From Fidelibacterota bacterium (lineage in GTDB: Bacteria; Fidelibacterota; UBA2242), in contig JBNGDF010000040.1 in the NCBI GenBank assembly GCA_049975265.1, forward strand, positions 1-17,141: DNA of 17,141 nucleotides. Reading direction: 5' to 3'. The notes beneath the pieces were generated by a model, which saw nothing but the letters and a program-made list of their open reading frames with translations, had not been told where the DNA came from and ran no database searches. Below, one piece after another: positions 1-10,243 of this stretch. Position numbers and translations under genes: made by a program. The first letter of the stretch is position 1; each line of letters starts with the position of its first letter.

Positions 1-89
1 AAAATCTTTCCCTGATAACATTCTGACAGGAATTTATTCCTGGCGGAGGGATACTGGATAAATGTTCAGAAAATGGTAGCGGGTGCCTG

Positions 90-1133
90 TTATTTCAAAA
101 TGTCCAGATAGCGCCGTTTGCCAAAGAGATAAAAACTCAGCGCCACGGAACCGTGATACATGCGCTCCATGATCTTATGATCGGACACTTTACGCAGCGA
201 TGCGACCTGCCGGCGTTTTCGGGAAATCAATCCGGGATGAAATAATATCCATACATGTGCTTTTACAATAGCCCCAGCGCGTCCCCAATCCCGCTGAATC
301 AGTGAGAATCCCAGCGCCATGTAGTCCAGCAGAATTCTAAGGGGGAAGATATACATTGTCATCAGCAGCCGGTAATTCGCCAGCAGCATTAGCAGGCTGT
401 TGCGGTGATTCAGATACTTTTTAAAGGGCGATTCAGCGCCCAGGGTAAAGCCTGAGCGGTGCCAGATCAGCGCCTTTGGTTCGACGGCGATGTCATAACC
501 CAGCAGCTGGATCCGCCATTGCAGATCAATCTCTTCCATGTGGGCAAAAAAGGTCTCATCGAAGAGTCCAGCTTTGTATAGAACCCCGGTCCGCGCCAGA
601 AAGGCGGTTCCCGATGCCCAGAAGATACGATCATAAAACTGGTCATACTGTCCCTCATCCTTTTCCACATGTTCGGCAATCCGACCATGGGCAAAGGGAA
701 AACCGAAGATATCCATTTCCCCGCCACAGGCGCCGGAATAATCGAAATAGCCCCAGTTTTGGAAGGAGTGAATTTTTGGCTGAACGACGGCGATTTTGTC
801 ATCGGACTGCAACTTCGACAGCAGCCGCTCGATCCAACCGGATGAGTGAACTGTATCGTTATTCAGGATCAGCACAAAGGGTGTCCGGGTCGCTTTTACG
901 CCGATATTACAGCCGCCAGCAAATCCGTGGTTTTTCTCCATCTGAATGATCTCAACCGTCGGAAATTCAGTCCGAACCATAGCCACGCTGCCATCGCTGG
1001 AAGCATTGTCCACCAGGATAATGTGCAGCGGTAGCCGGCAGGTCGCAGAGAGTGAGGCAAGGCAATCCCGCAGGATGCCCTCGCCGTTATAATGTGGTAT
1101 CACTACCGAGATTTGCGGATCGTTGCGGCTCAA
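90..1133 (-). CDS. Glycosyltransferase family 2 protein (WbbL/RfbF-like subgroup)
   Basis: 347 aa ORF with GT2 motifs: ISVVIPHYN, ILVDNASSDGS, NHGFAGGCN, LILNND (DxD-equivalent), SGTAFL, FDETFFAHMEEIDL. TTG start with weak RBS, so the exact start is uncertain. Lies 14 nt downstream of the DUF2723 gene. Confidence 0.9.
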   Translation of the reverse strand: MSRNDPQISVVIPHYNGEGILRDCLASLSATCRLPLHIILVDNASSDGSVAMVRTEFPTVEIIQMEKNHGFAGGCNIGVKATRTPFVLILNNDTVHSSGWIERLLSKLQSDDKIAVVQPKIHSFQNWGYFDYSGACGGEMDIFGFPFAHGRIAEHVEKDEGQYDQFYDRIFWASGTAFLARTGVLYKAGLFDETFFAHMEEIDLQWRIQLLGYDIAVEPKALIWHRSGFTLGAESPFKKYLNHRNSLLMLLANYRLLMTMYIFPLRILLDYMALGFSLIQRDWGRAGAIVKAHVWILFHPGLISRKRRQVASLRKVSDHKIMERMYHGSVALSFYLFGKRRYLDILK

Positions 1134-1147
1134 TTGAATCTATTCGT

Positions 1148-3967
1148 TTACTCCAGGACCTGCGGTATTATCAGTGAATCGGTGTCCATATCTGGAATCT
1201 GTGCCCGATATTTGTCCCGCATGGCTTCGGCGCCCTTGTCGTTTGGATGCAATGTCAGCCAGTTATTCAGGAGATTCGTCGCTGCCTGATAATTTTCCTG
1301 TTCTTCATACAGCCGAATCAGCAGGCTGATGAGTTCTGCATTTTCCTGATTTCCGGGGTAGATCGGTTCGGCGATCGCCAGTGCCTTCTCAGTGTCCTGC
1401 AGGTATTGATAGTAGATTGATGCATACCGGATTCTTTCTTCATCGCTGAGAGCCGACGTCTGCATTAGTCGTTCGAGGCGTTTCTCCAGCTCCTCCGGTC
1501 GACCACCCTCTTTGTAGAGCATACCCAGCTGCAGGGCGGTCTCGTCATTGCCGATGGGGAGAACTTCTTCGGGCATCCTGGCTTCCATCGAATCCAGCAG
1601 CGCCACCATTTTATCTTTGTTACCGGCGTAATAGTGATCGATCGCCAGCTGGAAGAAAGCCGCCCGGTAATTGCCGATCAGTTTGGTGATCGTTTCATTG
1701 AAATAGATCTTCGGGTTGTTCAGATTCCGGTAACGGTACACCTCGAGCAGGTTATGTTCGATTTTTTCGGGATCGGTGCGCTTGACCTCTTCGGGATAGA
1801 CCCGGAATACCAGTCCCTGCATCTGCAGGTATTTGTCCATTCCCAGCCGGTTGCTCGGGGAGACAGTGGTGGCGAAGTAGATCGGTTTTTCCCACCGATT
1901 GGCTTCCAGAATCTGCAGGATCATGAGGTCCTGAACCCGGATTCCCTGCCCCATGATGGTGGGCTTCATTTCCCATTCCATTGGTTCCAGGTCCGATCCC
2001 GGCGGGGGTGAAATTTTGATTTTCTGCTTCTTGAAAGGCATGACCCCCAGGTTGTCGATCGTCTCATCGGACAGACCGATGTTGACCTTGGGTTCGTGGT
2101 GTTTTAGCTGTTTAATGTACCAGGGGGTGTTCAACAGCGAGAGATTGACCACCCGGACATCCTTGCGAACCCCCTCGACTTCCTGCATGTACCAGACCGG
2201 GAAGGTATCGTTGTCACCATTGGTGAAGATGATGCCGTCGGGTTCGCAGCTGTTCAGCAGATTCCAGGAGTAGTCCCAGGCGACATAGTTGCCTTTGCGA
2301 CTGTGCTCATGATAATTGGCGATCAGCACGTTCACCGGCAGTGCGAGCAGGAGTAGTACGGTGACGAGATAGACCAGCGGCTTGCGCAGTTTGGCGAATT
2401 TCAATTCGGTCAGGTGCGAGATCAGGGCGGTTGCGCCAATCCCGATCCAGATGGAGAAGGCAAAGAAGGAGCCCACATAGGAATAGTCCCGTTCCCGGGG
2501 TTGTGGATCATCCTGGTTCAGATAGAGAATGATCATCAGTCCGGTAAATAGGAACAGCGCCAGCACGGAAAGCGCCTTCTGTTTGTCCCGATTGAAATGG
2601 ATCAGCAATCCATACAGCCCGACGAGAAAGGGGAAGGGTAGCAGAAACTGGAAAGGATCGACGCCGGCACCGTCGCGTCCGATGAACTGCCAGTTGAAAT
2701 AGCGGATATACATTTTCTTGATCTGATAGTTCCAGAAGTAGTTCCAGCCGCTTTTACCTTTCCATTTGTAATCGGCTTCTGGCTTCCAGACCTTGCGGTC
2801 AAAAATATCAGTAAATTCCCGCCGACCATATTGTTCCCGTTCGAGATAGGCGACCGCCTGATGCGTGGTTTCGGGGTCGTTTTCATCGATTGCCGGATTC
2901 TGGTGGCTGCGGATAAAGATTGTAGCGTATGATGAATAGCCGACGATGATCAGAACCAGCGACATCAGTGCCAGCGAGGCGATATGGTGTTTTTTACGAA
3001 TCGCCCAGGCGGTTGCGAGAAACACAACGACAATCGTTAATCCCAGGGCGAAAAGTCCGAATTTGTCGGCGATTTTAGGTAATCCGCGAATGACCCCGCC
3101 GTTGATGATCAGAAAAGCGCCCGAGGCGAGCATTGCCATAATAACCGTCCTGCAGTGCTCTTTAAGGCGCGCGCTTTCGGCTTTACGATACAGGTAAAAA
3201 TATGAGACGCCGAAGGTCAGCAGGGTCATGATCGCCTGCGCCGAAAAGGATTTGACCAGCAACGCCCGCCAGAACAGAAACACCAGCGCTACTATGGCGA
3301 CTCCGATGATGACGTCCAAAACCAGCCAGCCGATATTTTCCACTTTTGTTCGTTTAAAATAGATAATCAGTGTGATAAAGAAAATTGCCAGCAGATTCAG
3401 CAGATGGATACTAATCGCCAGCCCCATGATGTAGGCGATCAGCAGCAGGTAGCGTTCGTGTCCCGGCTGGTCGGCGCGCTGCTCCCAGCGCAGAATCAGC
3501 CAGACGACGATGGCGGTCAGAAACGTCGCAAAGGCATAGACCTCCGCCTCCACCGCGTTGAACCAGTGACTGTCGGTAAACGCAAAGGTCATCGCCCCGA
3601 CAAATGCGCCGCCGTAGACCGCGACTTTGTGCACCGTTGTCACCGGTTTGCCCCAGCTTTTCAGCAATTGCACAATGATTAAAAACAGGAACATCACGGC
3701 GAAGGAGCTGACCAGCGGCGACATCAGATTGACCCGGTAAGCGATATCATTGCCGATGGGCAGCAGGGAAAAAAACCGACCGAGCAGCAGATAGAGCGGA
3801 CTGCCGGGTGGATGGGGCACTCCCAGAATATAGGAGGTGGCGATGAATTCGCCGCAATCCCAGAAGGAAACCGTCGGCGCAACGGTATCCATATAGACAA
3901 TCCAGCTCAGTAAAAATGTCAAGAGTGCCAGGATAACCTTTAGCTTGTTATCTTTCTGAATTTTCAT
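1148..3967 (-). CDS. DUF2723 / TMEM260-like polytopic membrane glycosyltransferase (GT-C type, putative protein O-mannosyltransferase) with C-terminal soluble, TPR-like helical region
   Basis: 939 aa. N-terminal PTVSFWDCGEF, GVPHPPGSPLY, WFNAVEAEVY, ERDYSYVGSF and FTNGDNDTFP motifs are typical of DUF2723 proteins. It has many hydrophobic TM segments and a helical repeat-like C-terminus. ATG start with AGGA RBS. Confidence 0.85.
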   Translation of the reverse strand: MKIQKDNKLKVILALLTFLLSWIVYMDTVAPTVSFWDCGEFIATSYILGVPHPPGSPLYLLLGRFFSLLPIGNDIAYRVNLMSPLVSSFAVMFLFLIIVQLLKSWGKPVTTVHKVAVYGGAFVGAMTFAFTDSHWFNAVEAEVYAFATFLTAIVVWLILRWEQRADQPGHERYLLLIAYIMGLAISIHLLNLLAIFFITLIIYFKRTKVENIGWLVLDVIIGVAIVALVFLFWRALLVKSFSAQAIMTLLTFGVSYFYLYRKAESARLKEHCRTVIMAMLASGAFLIINGGVIRGLPKIADKFGLFALGLTIVVVFLATAWAIRKKHHIASLALMSLVLIIVGYSSYATIFIRSHQNPAIDENDPETTHQAVAYLEREQYGRREFTDIFDRKVWKPEADYKWKGKSGWNYFWNYQIKKMYIRYFNWQFIGRDGAGVDPFQFLLPFPFLVGLYGLLIHFNRDKQKALSVLALFLFTGLMIILYLNQDDPQPRERDYSYVGSFFAFSIWIGIGATALISHLTELKFAKLRKPLVYLVTVLLLLALPVNVLIANYHEHSRKGNYVAWDYSWNLLNSCEPDGIIFTNGDNDTFPVWYMQEVEGVRKDVRVVNLSLLNTPWYIKQLKHHEPKVNIGLSDETIDNLGVMPFKKQKIKISPPPGSDLEPMEWEMKPTIMGQGIRVQDLMILQILEANRWEKPIYFATTVSPSNRLGMDKYLQMQGLVFRVYPEEVKRTDPEKIEHNLLEVYRYRNLNNPKIYFNETITKLIGNYRAAFFQLAIDHYYAGNKDKMVALLDSMEARMPEEVLPIGNDETALQLGMLYKEGGRPEELEKRLERLMQTSALSDEERIRYASIYYQYLQDTEKALAIAEPIYPGNQENAELISLLIRLYEEQENYQAATNLLNNWLTLHPNDKGAEAMRDKYRAQIPDMDTDSLIIPQVLE

Positions 3968-4027
3968 AGTGATTCCTGTCTGTCAATGGTTATGGTTCAG
4001 CCGGCTTCCGGCGGGTCTGCACCGGAG

Positions 4028-6142
4028 CTATAAAACATCCATGAAATTCATATAATCCGAATAGTGATCAATCAGGTGTTTCCGTGTTTCAGAATATTCC
4101 GGACGACGCAGGTGCGGGTCTGCCTTCACCAGCATAAAGGCTTCACTGCGTGCTAGTTTTAACAACTCTTTATCGATCAGTAAATCGGCTATTTTCATCT
4201 TTGGAAAACCATGCTGGCGGGTTCCGTAGAACTCGCCAGGTCCGCGTAATTTAAGGTCTTGCTCCGATATTTCAAAACCGTTCGTCGTGTCGCTGATGAT
4301 CCGCAGACGCTGATGGGACGCCTCGTTCCGTCTGCGTTCTACCAGAACACAGACCCCGTTTTTCTCGCCTCTGCCGATGCGACCGCGCAACTGATGTATC
4401 TGCGTCAGTCCAAACCGCTCGGCATTTTCAATGACCATAATCGTTGCATTGGGATTGTCCACCCCGACTTCAATAACCGTTGTACTCACCAGAATGTCGA
4501 CGGTTCCATTGGCGAAACGCTGCATGATGGCATCCTTCTCGGAGGTTTTCATCCCGCCGTGTACCAGCGCCAACCGAAATTCCGGGAAAACCCTGTCCCG
4601 CAAATATTCAAAGCCCTGCATTGCCGCCTGTAAATCCAGTTTCGCCGATTCCTCGATTAGAGGATAGACGATATACGCCTGTTCGTCGTGTTGAATCCGC
4701 CCACGGATATAATCGTACACCTGGTCCAGCTGATCTACGTTGACTATCCGGGTGGTGATGGTGCCCTTGCGCGCCGGCAGTTCGTCCAGCACCGAGACAT
4801 CCATGTCGCCGTAGAGGGTCATGCTCATGGTGCGCGGGATCGGGGTCGCCGTCATTACCAACACGTCGGGATTGATGCCCTTTTCGATCAGCTGGCTGCG
4901 CTGGACGACGCCGAAGCGGTGCTGTTCATCGATGATCACCAGTGCCAATTTCTGAAACGCCACAGCCTCCTGAATGAGGGCATGGGTGCCGACGATCAGT
5001 TCCGCCGCTCCGTTTTCGATCTCCGCCAGAATCCGCTCGCGTTCCGATTTTTTCTGCCCGCCGATCAGTAGCCGTACGGTAAGACCTGCCGGTTCTCCCA
5101 GCCGTTGCAGGTTCCGAAAATGCTGTTCCGCCAGAATTTCCGTCGGTGCCATGACGGCAGCCTGGTAGCCGTTGCCGATGGCGATACTGGCGCAGAGCAG
5201 TGCCACCACGGTTTTTCCGGAACCCACATCGCCCTGGAGCAGCCGGTTCATTACCGTTTCAGATTTCAAATCATCCCAGATTTCGTGAATGACCCGTTTC
5301 TGGGCGTCGGTCAGCTCAAAGGGTAATTTTTCATAAATTTGTTTTAAATGTGTACCGGCGCGGTCGTAACGCAGCGTTTTCCGAACTTCCTTGATGCTGC
5401 GCCGTTTGACCGCCAGTAGCAGTTGCAAAAAGAGCAGCTCCTCAAATTTGAAGCGTCGAATGGCATGATCCAGAGCGTCCGCTGTATCGGGAAAATGTAT
5501 CTGACGCAGTGCCCGGTTGATGTCGTAGAACTTCAGTCGCCCGAGTATTTCCCGGGGGATGATCTCCTCTATCTTCCAGTGCACTGTTTCGAATATTTTA
5601 TGAAACTGCCGGCGAAATCCGCGGCTGTCCAGACCGACCTTTTTCAACTCTGTGGATGATGGATAGAGTGGAATAATGCGGGCTGTATGCAGCGTGGCGT
5701 AATCGTCGCTTTCCAGAATGTCGTAATCGGGATGGACCAACTGAAGACCCTTGAAATACTCCACCTTGCCGCTCATCGCCACCGCATCGCCGGGTTTAAA
5801 AACTTTCTGAATATATTTGGCACCATTGAACCAGACACAGCATAACTGTCCGCTGTCGTCCCCCGCCAGCAGCTGAAAATAAGAGCGCCTCCGGGTGCGA
5901 ACCATGTTCATGGACAGCACTTTTGCCACGATCGTCGCCTCGCTGCCGATTTTCAGTTTGGCGATGGGCGTAATCGTCCGGCGATCCAGGTAGCGCCGGG
6001 GGAAATGGTAGAGCAGGTCCCGAAAGGTGGTGATACCGGATTTTCCCAACACCTCTGCCCGCTTCGGTCCGATTCCTTTTACATAGGTAACCGGTGTGTC
6101 GGGCTGCAGGGAATAAGCCGGTTGGTTCGGGGATGACTTCAC
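4028..6142 (-). CDS. recG: ATP-dependent DNA helicase RecG
   Basis: 704 aa with N-terminal KGIGPKRA and wedge/OB domain, Walker A LLQGDVGSGKT, MAPTEILAEQH, DEQH, TATPIPRT, QLRGRIGRG and TRG-region DLKLRGPGE. GTG start. Confidence 0.97.
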   Translation of the reverse strand: MKSSPNQPAYSLQPDTPVTYVKGIGPKRAEVLGKSGITTFRDLLYHFPRRYLDRRTITPIAKLKIGSEATIVAKVLSMNMVRTRRRSYFQLLAGDDSGQLCCVWFNGAKYIQKVFKPGDAVAMSGKVEYFKGLQLVHPDYDILESDDYATLHTARIIPLYPSSTELKKVGLDSRGFRRQFHKIFETVHWKIEEIIPREILGRLKFYDINRALRQIHFPDTADALDHAIRRFKFEELLFLQLLLAVKRRSIKEVRKTLRYDRAGTHLKQIYEKLPFELTDAQKRVIHEIWDDLKSETVMNRLLQGDVGSGKTVVALLCASIAIGNGYQAAVMAPTEILAEQHFRNLQRLGEPAGLTVRLLIGGQKKSERERILAEIENGAAELIVGTHALIQEAVAFQKLALVIIDEQHRFGVVQRSQLIEKGINPDVLVMTATPIPRTMSMTLYGDMDVSVLDELPARKGTITTRIVNVDQLDQVYDYIRGRIQHDEQAYIVYPLIEESAKLDLQAAMQGFEYLRDRVFPEFRLALVHGGMKTSEKDAIMQRFANGTVDILVSTTVIEVGVDNPNATIMVIENAERFGLTQIHQLRGRIGRGEKNGVCVLVERRRNEASHQRLRIISDTTNGFEISEQDLKLRGPGEFYGTRQHGFPKMKIADLLIDKELLKLARSEAFMLVKADPHLRRPEYSETRKHLIDHYSDYMNFMDVL

Positions 6143-6151
6143 GATCGATAA

Positions 6152-7531
6152 CTACCAGCGCCGGAAAAAGGTATAGGTGATTGTCATCGCCTGATCGGCT
6201 GGTACAGACAGCGGAAATAGTATCCGGCGGCTGGAGAGTTTTTTGTATTCATGGCTGGATTTTTTTATCTCCCAGTATCCGTAAAGATACTCGTGAACCT
6301 CAACGTCGACCCGGCTTTTTTTGCGGTTGGTAATCGTAATGTTCACGGTCGCCGTTTCCGAGGTTTTTGACGAACGCTCCAGCTCCGTCACGACCCGCTT
6401 GCCCCGGACATCAAAGGCGTTGCCGATGGTCAGCTGCAGGGTGTCTTTCCGGCTGGTGTGATCAATGTGATCTTCGCCGATAAACTGCAGCGATTCGTCG
6501 GTATCCCGTTTAAAGATACGCACGGTTCCTTGCGGTAGCGCCATGCCCATGCCGTTCTGCTCGGTGTTTTCGATGCGGAAGACGATTTTCAGCGGCTCTG
6601 CGGACTCTCTGGCGGAACGGTTTTCAAAGAGGTAGACCTTTTTACCGGCAGCGCTGATTTCGTCAAACAGGCTGACCTGTTTCATTTCGCTATGACGCAG
6701 CGTTACCCGACCGGGCAGTTCATACAGGTGATAATCGGCGATTTCCCGCGTCTCTACCGCCTGTTTCTCCAGCGCCGGCACCGCTTCTGCGCGGCGGGCG
6801 GCGATAACCCTTTCCCGCTGATCCCGGGCGCGGTGAATATCGCCGGCAATCAGTTTTACGTTGGCATTTTCAAACGTTGTTCCGGACTGATTGTCCAGAG
6901 AAATCCAGGAATTCAGTACAAAGCCTCTTTCAGCCTTGTCCAGCACCAGTACATACTCGGCGTTCCAGGACATCCCGCCGGTCAAATAGCTGAGTTCTGC
7001 CGATGTTTTGCCCTTATAGGCAGAGGTGAGTGTCCACTCCAGCGTCGGTTTCAGAATCAGCCCGCCCGGCAGCGCCGGAAATTCATAATCGATGATGTGG
7101 GCGGTGGTGAGAACACGGATATGATTCTCCGGCAAACGCAGAATGACGTAACCCCGCTCGTTGCTGAGTAACTCGCCGGTAATCGTTTCGCCGGATTCCA
7201 AACGAAAGGTTACCTGTTCACCGATATATTTGCTGAAAATTTTGGCAGTGTTGACCAGATCGTAGAGATAATTCTGCTCCTCAATCCTGACTTGACGGGA
7301 AATGTTGGGAAAATTCAGTTTCACCGTAGCCGGCTGGACCTGTTGTGAGACGCCTTCGATCCGCAGATTGTTGGCACCCTTATTCAGCGCCAGCTCCTTT
7401 TCCTGGTATACCAGTCCGAGATTGACATTGTAAATGGTCAGGCGGGTGTTTTGAAAATCATCACCGGTGAATGCCGGCTGGCACAGTAACGTAAGGATAA
7501 CCAAAAGTATCCATAGACGATTTCTAAGCAT
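6152..7531 (-). CDS. Exported DUF4139-family protein of unknown function
   Basis: 459 aa with N-terminal signal peptide (MLRNRLWILLVILTLLC...). Motifs LTIYNVNLGLV, EQNYLYDL, LSYLTGGMSWNAEY, NQSGTTF, YHLY, ALPQGTVRIF, FIGEDHIDHT and IGNAFDV match my recollection of DUF4139 proteins. ATG start with GGGG RBS. Confidence 0.75.
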   Translation of the reverse strand: MLRNRLWILLVILTLLCQPAFTGDDFQNTRLTIYNVNLGLVYQEKELALNKGANNLRIEGVSQQVQPATVKLNFPNISRQVRIEEQNYLYDLVNTAKIFSKYIGEQVTFRLESGETITGELLSNERGYVILRLPENHIRVLTTAHIIDYEFPALPGGLILKPTLEWTLTSAYKGKTSAELSYLTGGMSWNAEYVLVLDKAERGFVLNSWISLDNQSGTTFENANVKLIAGDIHRARDQRERVIAARRAEAVPALEKQAVETREIADYHLYELPGRVTLRHSEMKQVSLFDEISAAGKKVYLFENRSARESAEPLKIVFRIENTEQNGMGMALPQGTVRIFKRDTDESLQFIGEDHIDHTSRKDTLQLTIGNAFDVRGKRVVTELERSSKTSETATVNITITNRKKSRVDVEVHEYLYGYWEIKKSSHEYKKLSSRRILFPLSVPADQAMTITYTFFRRW

Positions 7532-7570
7532 GATTACCCCGTTGTGAAATGTTCACATATTGTTCGCAAA

Positions 7571-10231
7571 TCAGACAAGTGCCTGAAAATTTGATTCCAT
7601 TTTCTGCAGCTGTTCGCGCAGCATTCGCTCCTTTTCCTGCTCTTTCTGCACCACATCTTTGGGTGCCTTTTGGAGAAAATTCTGATTCGTCAGTTTGGTG
7701 CGGATGGATTTCAGCAGCCCCTGCAGCCGGGCGATTTCTTTCTCCAGGCGCTGCTTTTCGGCGGCGACATCGATCAATCCCTCCAGGGGAATGAAAAATT
7801 CTGTTCCGTGAACGATCACTGTAGATGCCGGATGCGGCTTTTCACCCCCCGTGGCAATCCGGATATCGGTGACCTTCACCAGATTCTTGACATAATCCAC
7901 CAGCGCCGTGTCCTGTATCAGGCGGAGCGGCAGCTGCCCCTTGTCGCCCCGTACTACCAGCCGCAACTGGGCGGCTGGTGGAATATTCATTTCGCTCCGG
8001 GCGGTTCGCAGGGCGGTGATCATTTCCTGGATAGTGTTGAAAATCTCCTCGGTGTCGGATCTCCCCGCCCGGTACTTCGGTGCCGGCCAGTCGGAAACAG
8101 TAAGGTCGGGCTCGGCGGCGGTTTTCAGATGCTGATAAATTTCTTCCGTAATAAATGGAGCATAGGGATGCAGAATTTTAAGGATATTTTTCAGGATATA
8201 GATCGCTACCAACAGCGCCAGCTGCTTTTCAGCGGCGGTTTTTCTGTACAGGCGATCTTTGATAATTTCGATGTACCAGTCGCAGAAGTCACTCCAGACA
8301 AAATCGTAGATGATCCGGGCTACTTCATCGAAGCGGAAGCGTTTCAGATTGTGGTCGATCTTTTCGACGGTCTTTTTCAGGCGGATCAGAATCCACTGGT
8401 CGGCGAGAGTCAATTCGGCTTTTTCCGGGTCAAAGGATGATTCAAGAATACCGTCGTCGTCAATATTCATCAGGATAAAGCGGGCGGCGTTCCAGATTTT
8501 ATTCATGAAATTGCGCCCCACTTCCAGTCTTTCTTCCGAATAGAGGATATCCTGACCCTGCGGTGCAATCAGCATGATACCGAAGCGGAGGGCGTCGGCG
8601 CCGTATTTCTCCACCAGGTCCAGCGGATTGGGTGAATTGCCCAGGGATTTACTCATCTTGCGACCTTTGATATCCCTGATCAGCCCGGTGTAATAGACAT
8701 CCCGAAAGGGAATATCGCCCATAAATTCCAGCCCCGCCATGATCATCCGAGCGACCCAGAAAAAGATGATATCCGGAGCCGTCACCAGTGTATCGGTGGG
8801 ATAAAATATTTTCAGATCATCGGTCTGCTCCGGCCAGCCGAGCGTCGAGAAGGGCCAGAGCCAGGAACTGAACCAGGTATCCAATACGTCGGGGTCCTGC
8901 CGCACCGAACTGCCACATTGCGGACATTGCTGAATATCATCCACGGAGGCGTCCATCCAGTCGCAATGGGTGCAATAGAAAACAGGAATCCGATGACCCC
9001 ACCAGAGCTGCCGGGAGATGCACCAGTCGCGCACATTGGTCATCCAGTGGTTGTAGGTTTTGACCCAGCGCCGGGGATGAAATTTGATGGCGCCCTCTTC
9101 AACGACCCGGATTGCCGGTTCCGCCAGCGGTTTCATTTTGACAAACCACTGTTCCGAGAGATAGGGCTCTACCATCACATCGGCGCGCTGACTGAAACCG
9201 ACGCTGTGGGTATAGTCTTCGATCTTTTCCATCAGACCGAGGCGTTTCATCTCCGCTACGACGATTTTGCGGGCTTCAAAGCGGTCTTTACCGGCTACCA
9301 GCGGACCGGCGGCGGCATTCATGGTGGCGTCGGGATTCATGATGGTGATTTTCGCCAGCCCGTGCCGCTCGCCGATTTCGAAGTCGTTGGGATCGTGGGC
9401 TGGTGTAACCTTGACAGCACCGGTCCCGAATTCCGTATCCACGAAATCATCGGCAATAACGGGTATTGCCCGGTTCATGATCGGTAGTATGACCGTTTTT
9501 CCCACCAGTTCAGCAAAACGCTTATCCTTCGGATTAACCGCTACCGCCGTATCGCCGAGCATGGTCTCCGGGCGGGTGGTTGCCACAGTCAGGTGACCGC
9601 TGCCGTCTTTCAGCGGGTAGCGGAAATACCAGAGGTGACCGCGGGTTTCACGGTGGATCACCTCTTCGTCGGACAATGCGGTCTGCGACACCGGGCACCA
9701 GTTGATGATCTTGCGACCACGGTAGATCAGACCCTTTTTATAGAGATGGACAAACACTTCACGGACGGCGCGGGAGAGTCCTTCATCCAGCGTAAAGCGT
9801 TCACGGGTCCAGTCACAGGAACAACCGATTTTACGAAGTTGATTCAGGATAATGGTTTTATGCCGGTTAGCCCATTGCCAGACTATCTCGATGAATTCAT
9901 CGCGCTGGAAATCGAAGCGGGTTTTGCCCTCTTCACGGAGGTTTTTTTCCACCACATTCTGGGTGGCGATCCCGGCGTGGTCGGAGCCGGGCAGCCAGAG
10001 TGCTTCATAGCCTTTCATCCGGGCGTGACGGATCAGAATGTCCTGAAGTGTATTGTTCAGAACGTGACCCAGATGCAATATTCCCGTCACGTTGGGTGGC
10101 GGAATGACAATGACGTAGGGTTTTTTCGACGAACGATTGTCGGCGTGAAAGTAATTCTTCGTCAGCCAGTATTCATACCAGCGATTTTCAACATGCTGCG
10201 GGTCGTAGACTTTTTCCAGTTGAACAGCCAA
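7571..10231 (-). CDS. valS: Valine--tRNA ligase
   Basis: 886 aa with PPPNVTGILHLGH (HIGH), DHAGIATQ, ATTRPET, GTGAVKVTPAHD (editing domain), WCISRQLWWGH, DTWFSS, KMSKS and a C-terminal coiled coil. TTG start preceded by AAAGGA RBS. Confidence 0.98.
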   Translation of the reverse strand: MAVQLEKVYDPQHVENRWYEYWLTKNYFHADNRSSKKPYVIVIPPPNVTGILHLGHVLNNTLQDILIRHARMKGYEALWLPGSDHAGIATQNVVEKNLREEGKTRFDFQRDEFIEIVWQWANRHKTIILNQLRKIGCSCDWTRERFTLDEGLSRAVREVFVHLYKKGLIYRGRKIINWCPVSQTALSDEEVIHRETRGHLWYFRYPLKDGSGHLTVATTRPETMLGDTAVAVNPKDKRFAELVGKTVILPIMNRAIPVIADDFVDTEFGTGAVKVTPAHDPNDFEIGERHGLAKITIMNPDATMNAAAGPLVAGKDRFEARKIVVAEMKRLGLMEKIEDYTHSVGFSQRADVMVEPYLSEQWFVKMKPLAEPAIRVVEEGAIKFHPRRWVKTYNHWMTNVRDWCISRQLWWGHRIPVFYCTHCDWMDASVDDIQQCPQCGSSVRQDPDVLDTWFSSWLWPFSTLGWPEQTDDLKIFYPTDTLVTAPDIIFFWVARMIMAGLEFMGDIPFRDVYYTGLIRDIKGRKMSKSLGNSPNPLDLVEKYGADALRFGIMLIAPQGQDILYSEERLEVGRNFMNKIWNAARFILMNIDDDGILESSFDPEKAELTLADQWILIRLKKTVEKIDHNLKRFRFDEVARIIYDFVWSDFCDWYIEIIKDRLYRKTAAEKQLALLVAIYILKNILKILHPYAPFITEEIYQHLKTAAEPDLTVSDWPAPKYRAGRSDTEEIFNTIQEMITALRTARSEMNIPPAAQLRLVVRGDKGQLPLRLIQDTALVDYVKNLVKVTDIRIATGGEKPHPASTVIVHGTEFFIPLEGLIDVAAEKQRLEKEIARLQGLLKSIRTKLTNQNFLQKAPKDVVQKEQEKERMLREQLQKMESNFQALV

Positions 10232-10243
10232 GCGATTTCCTTT

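Noticed and set aside
4000..4012. GCCGG-CTT-CCGGC hairpin between recG and the DUF2723 gene
   Set aside because: Only a 5-bp stem with no U-tract on either strand, so it is not a supportable terminator.
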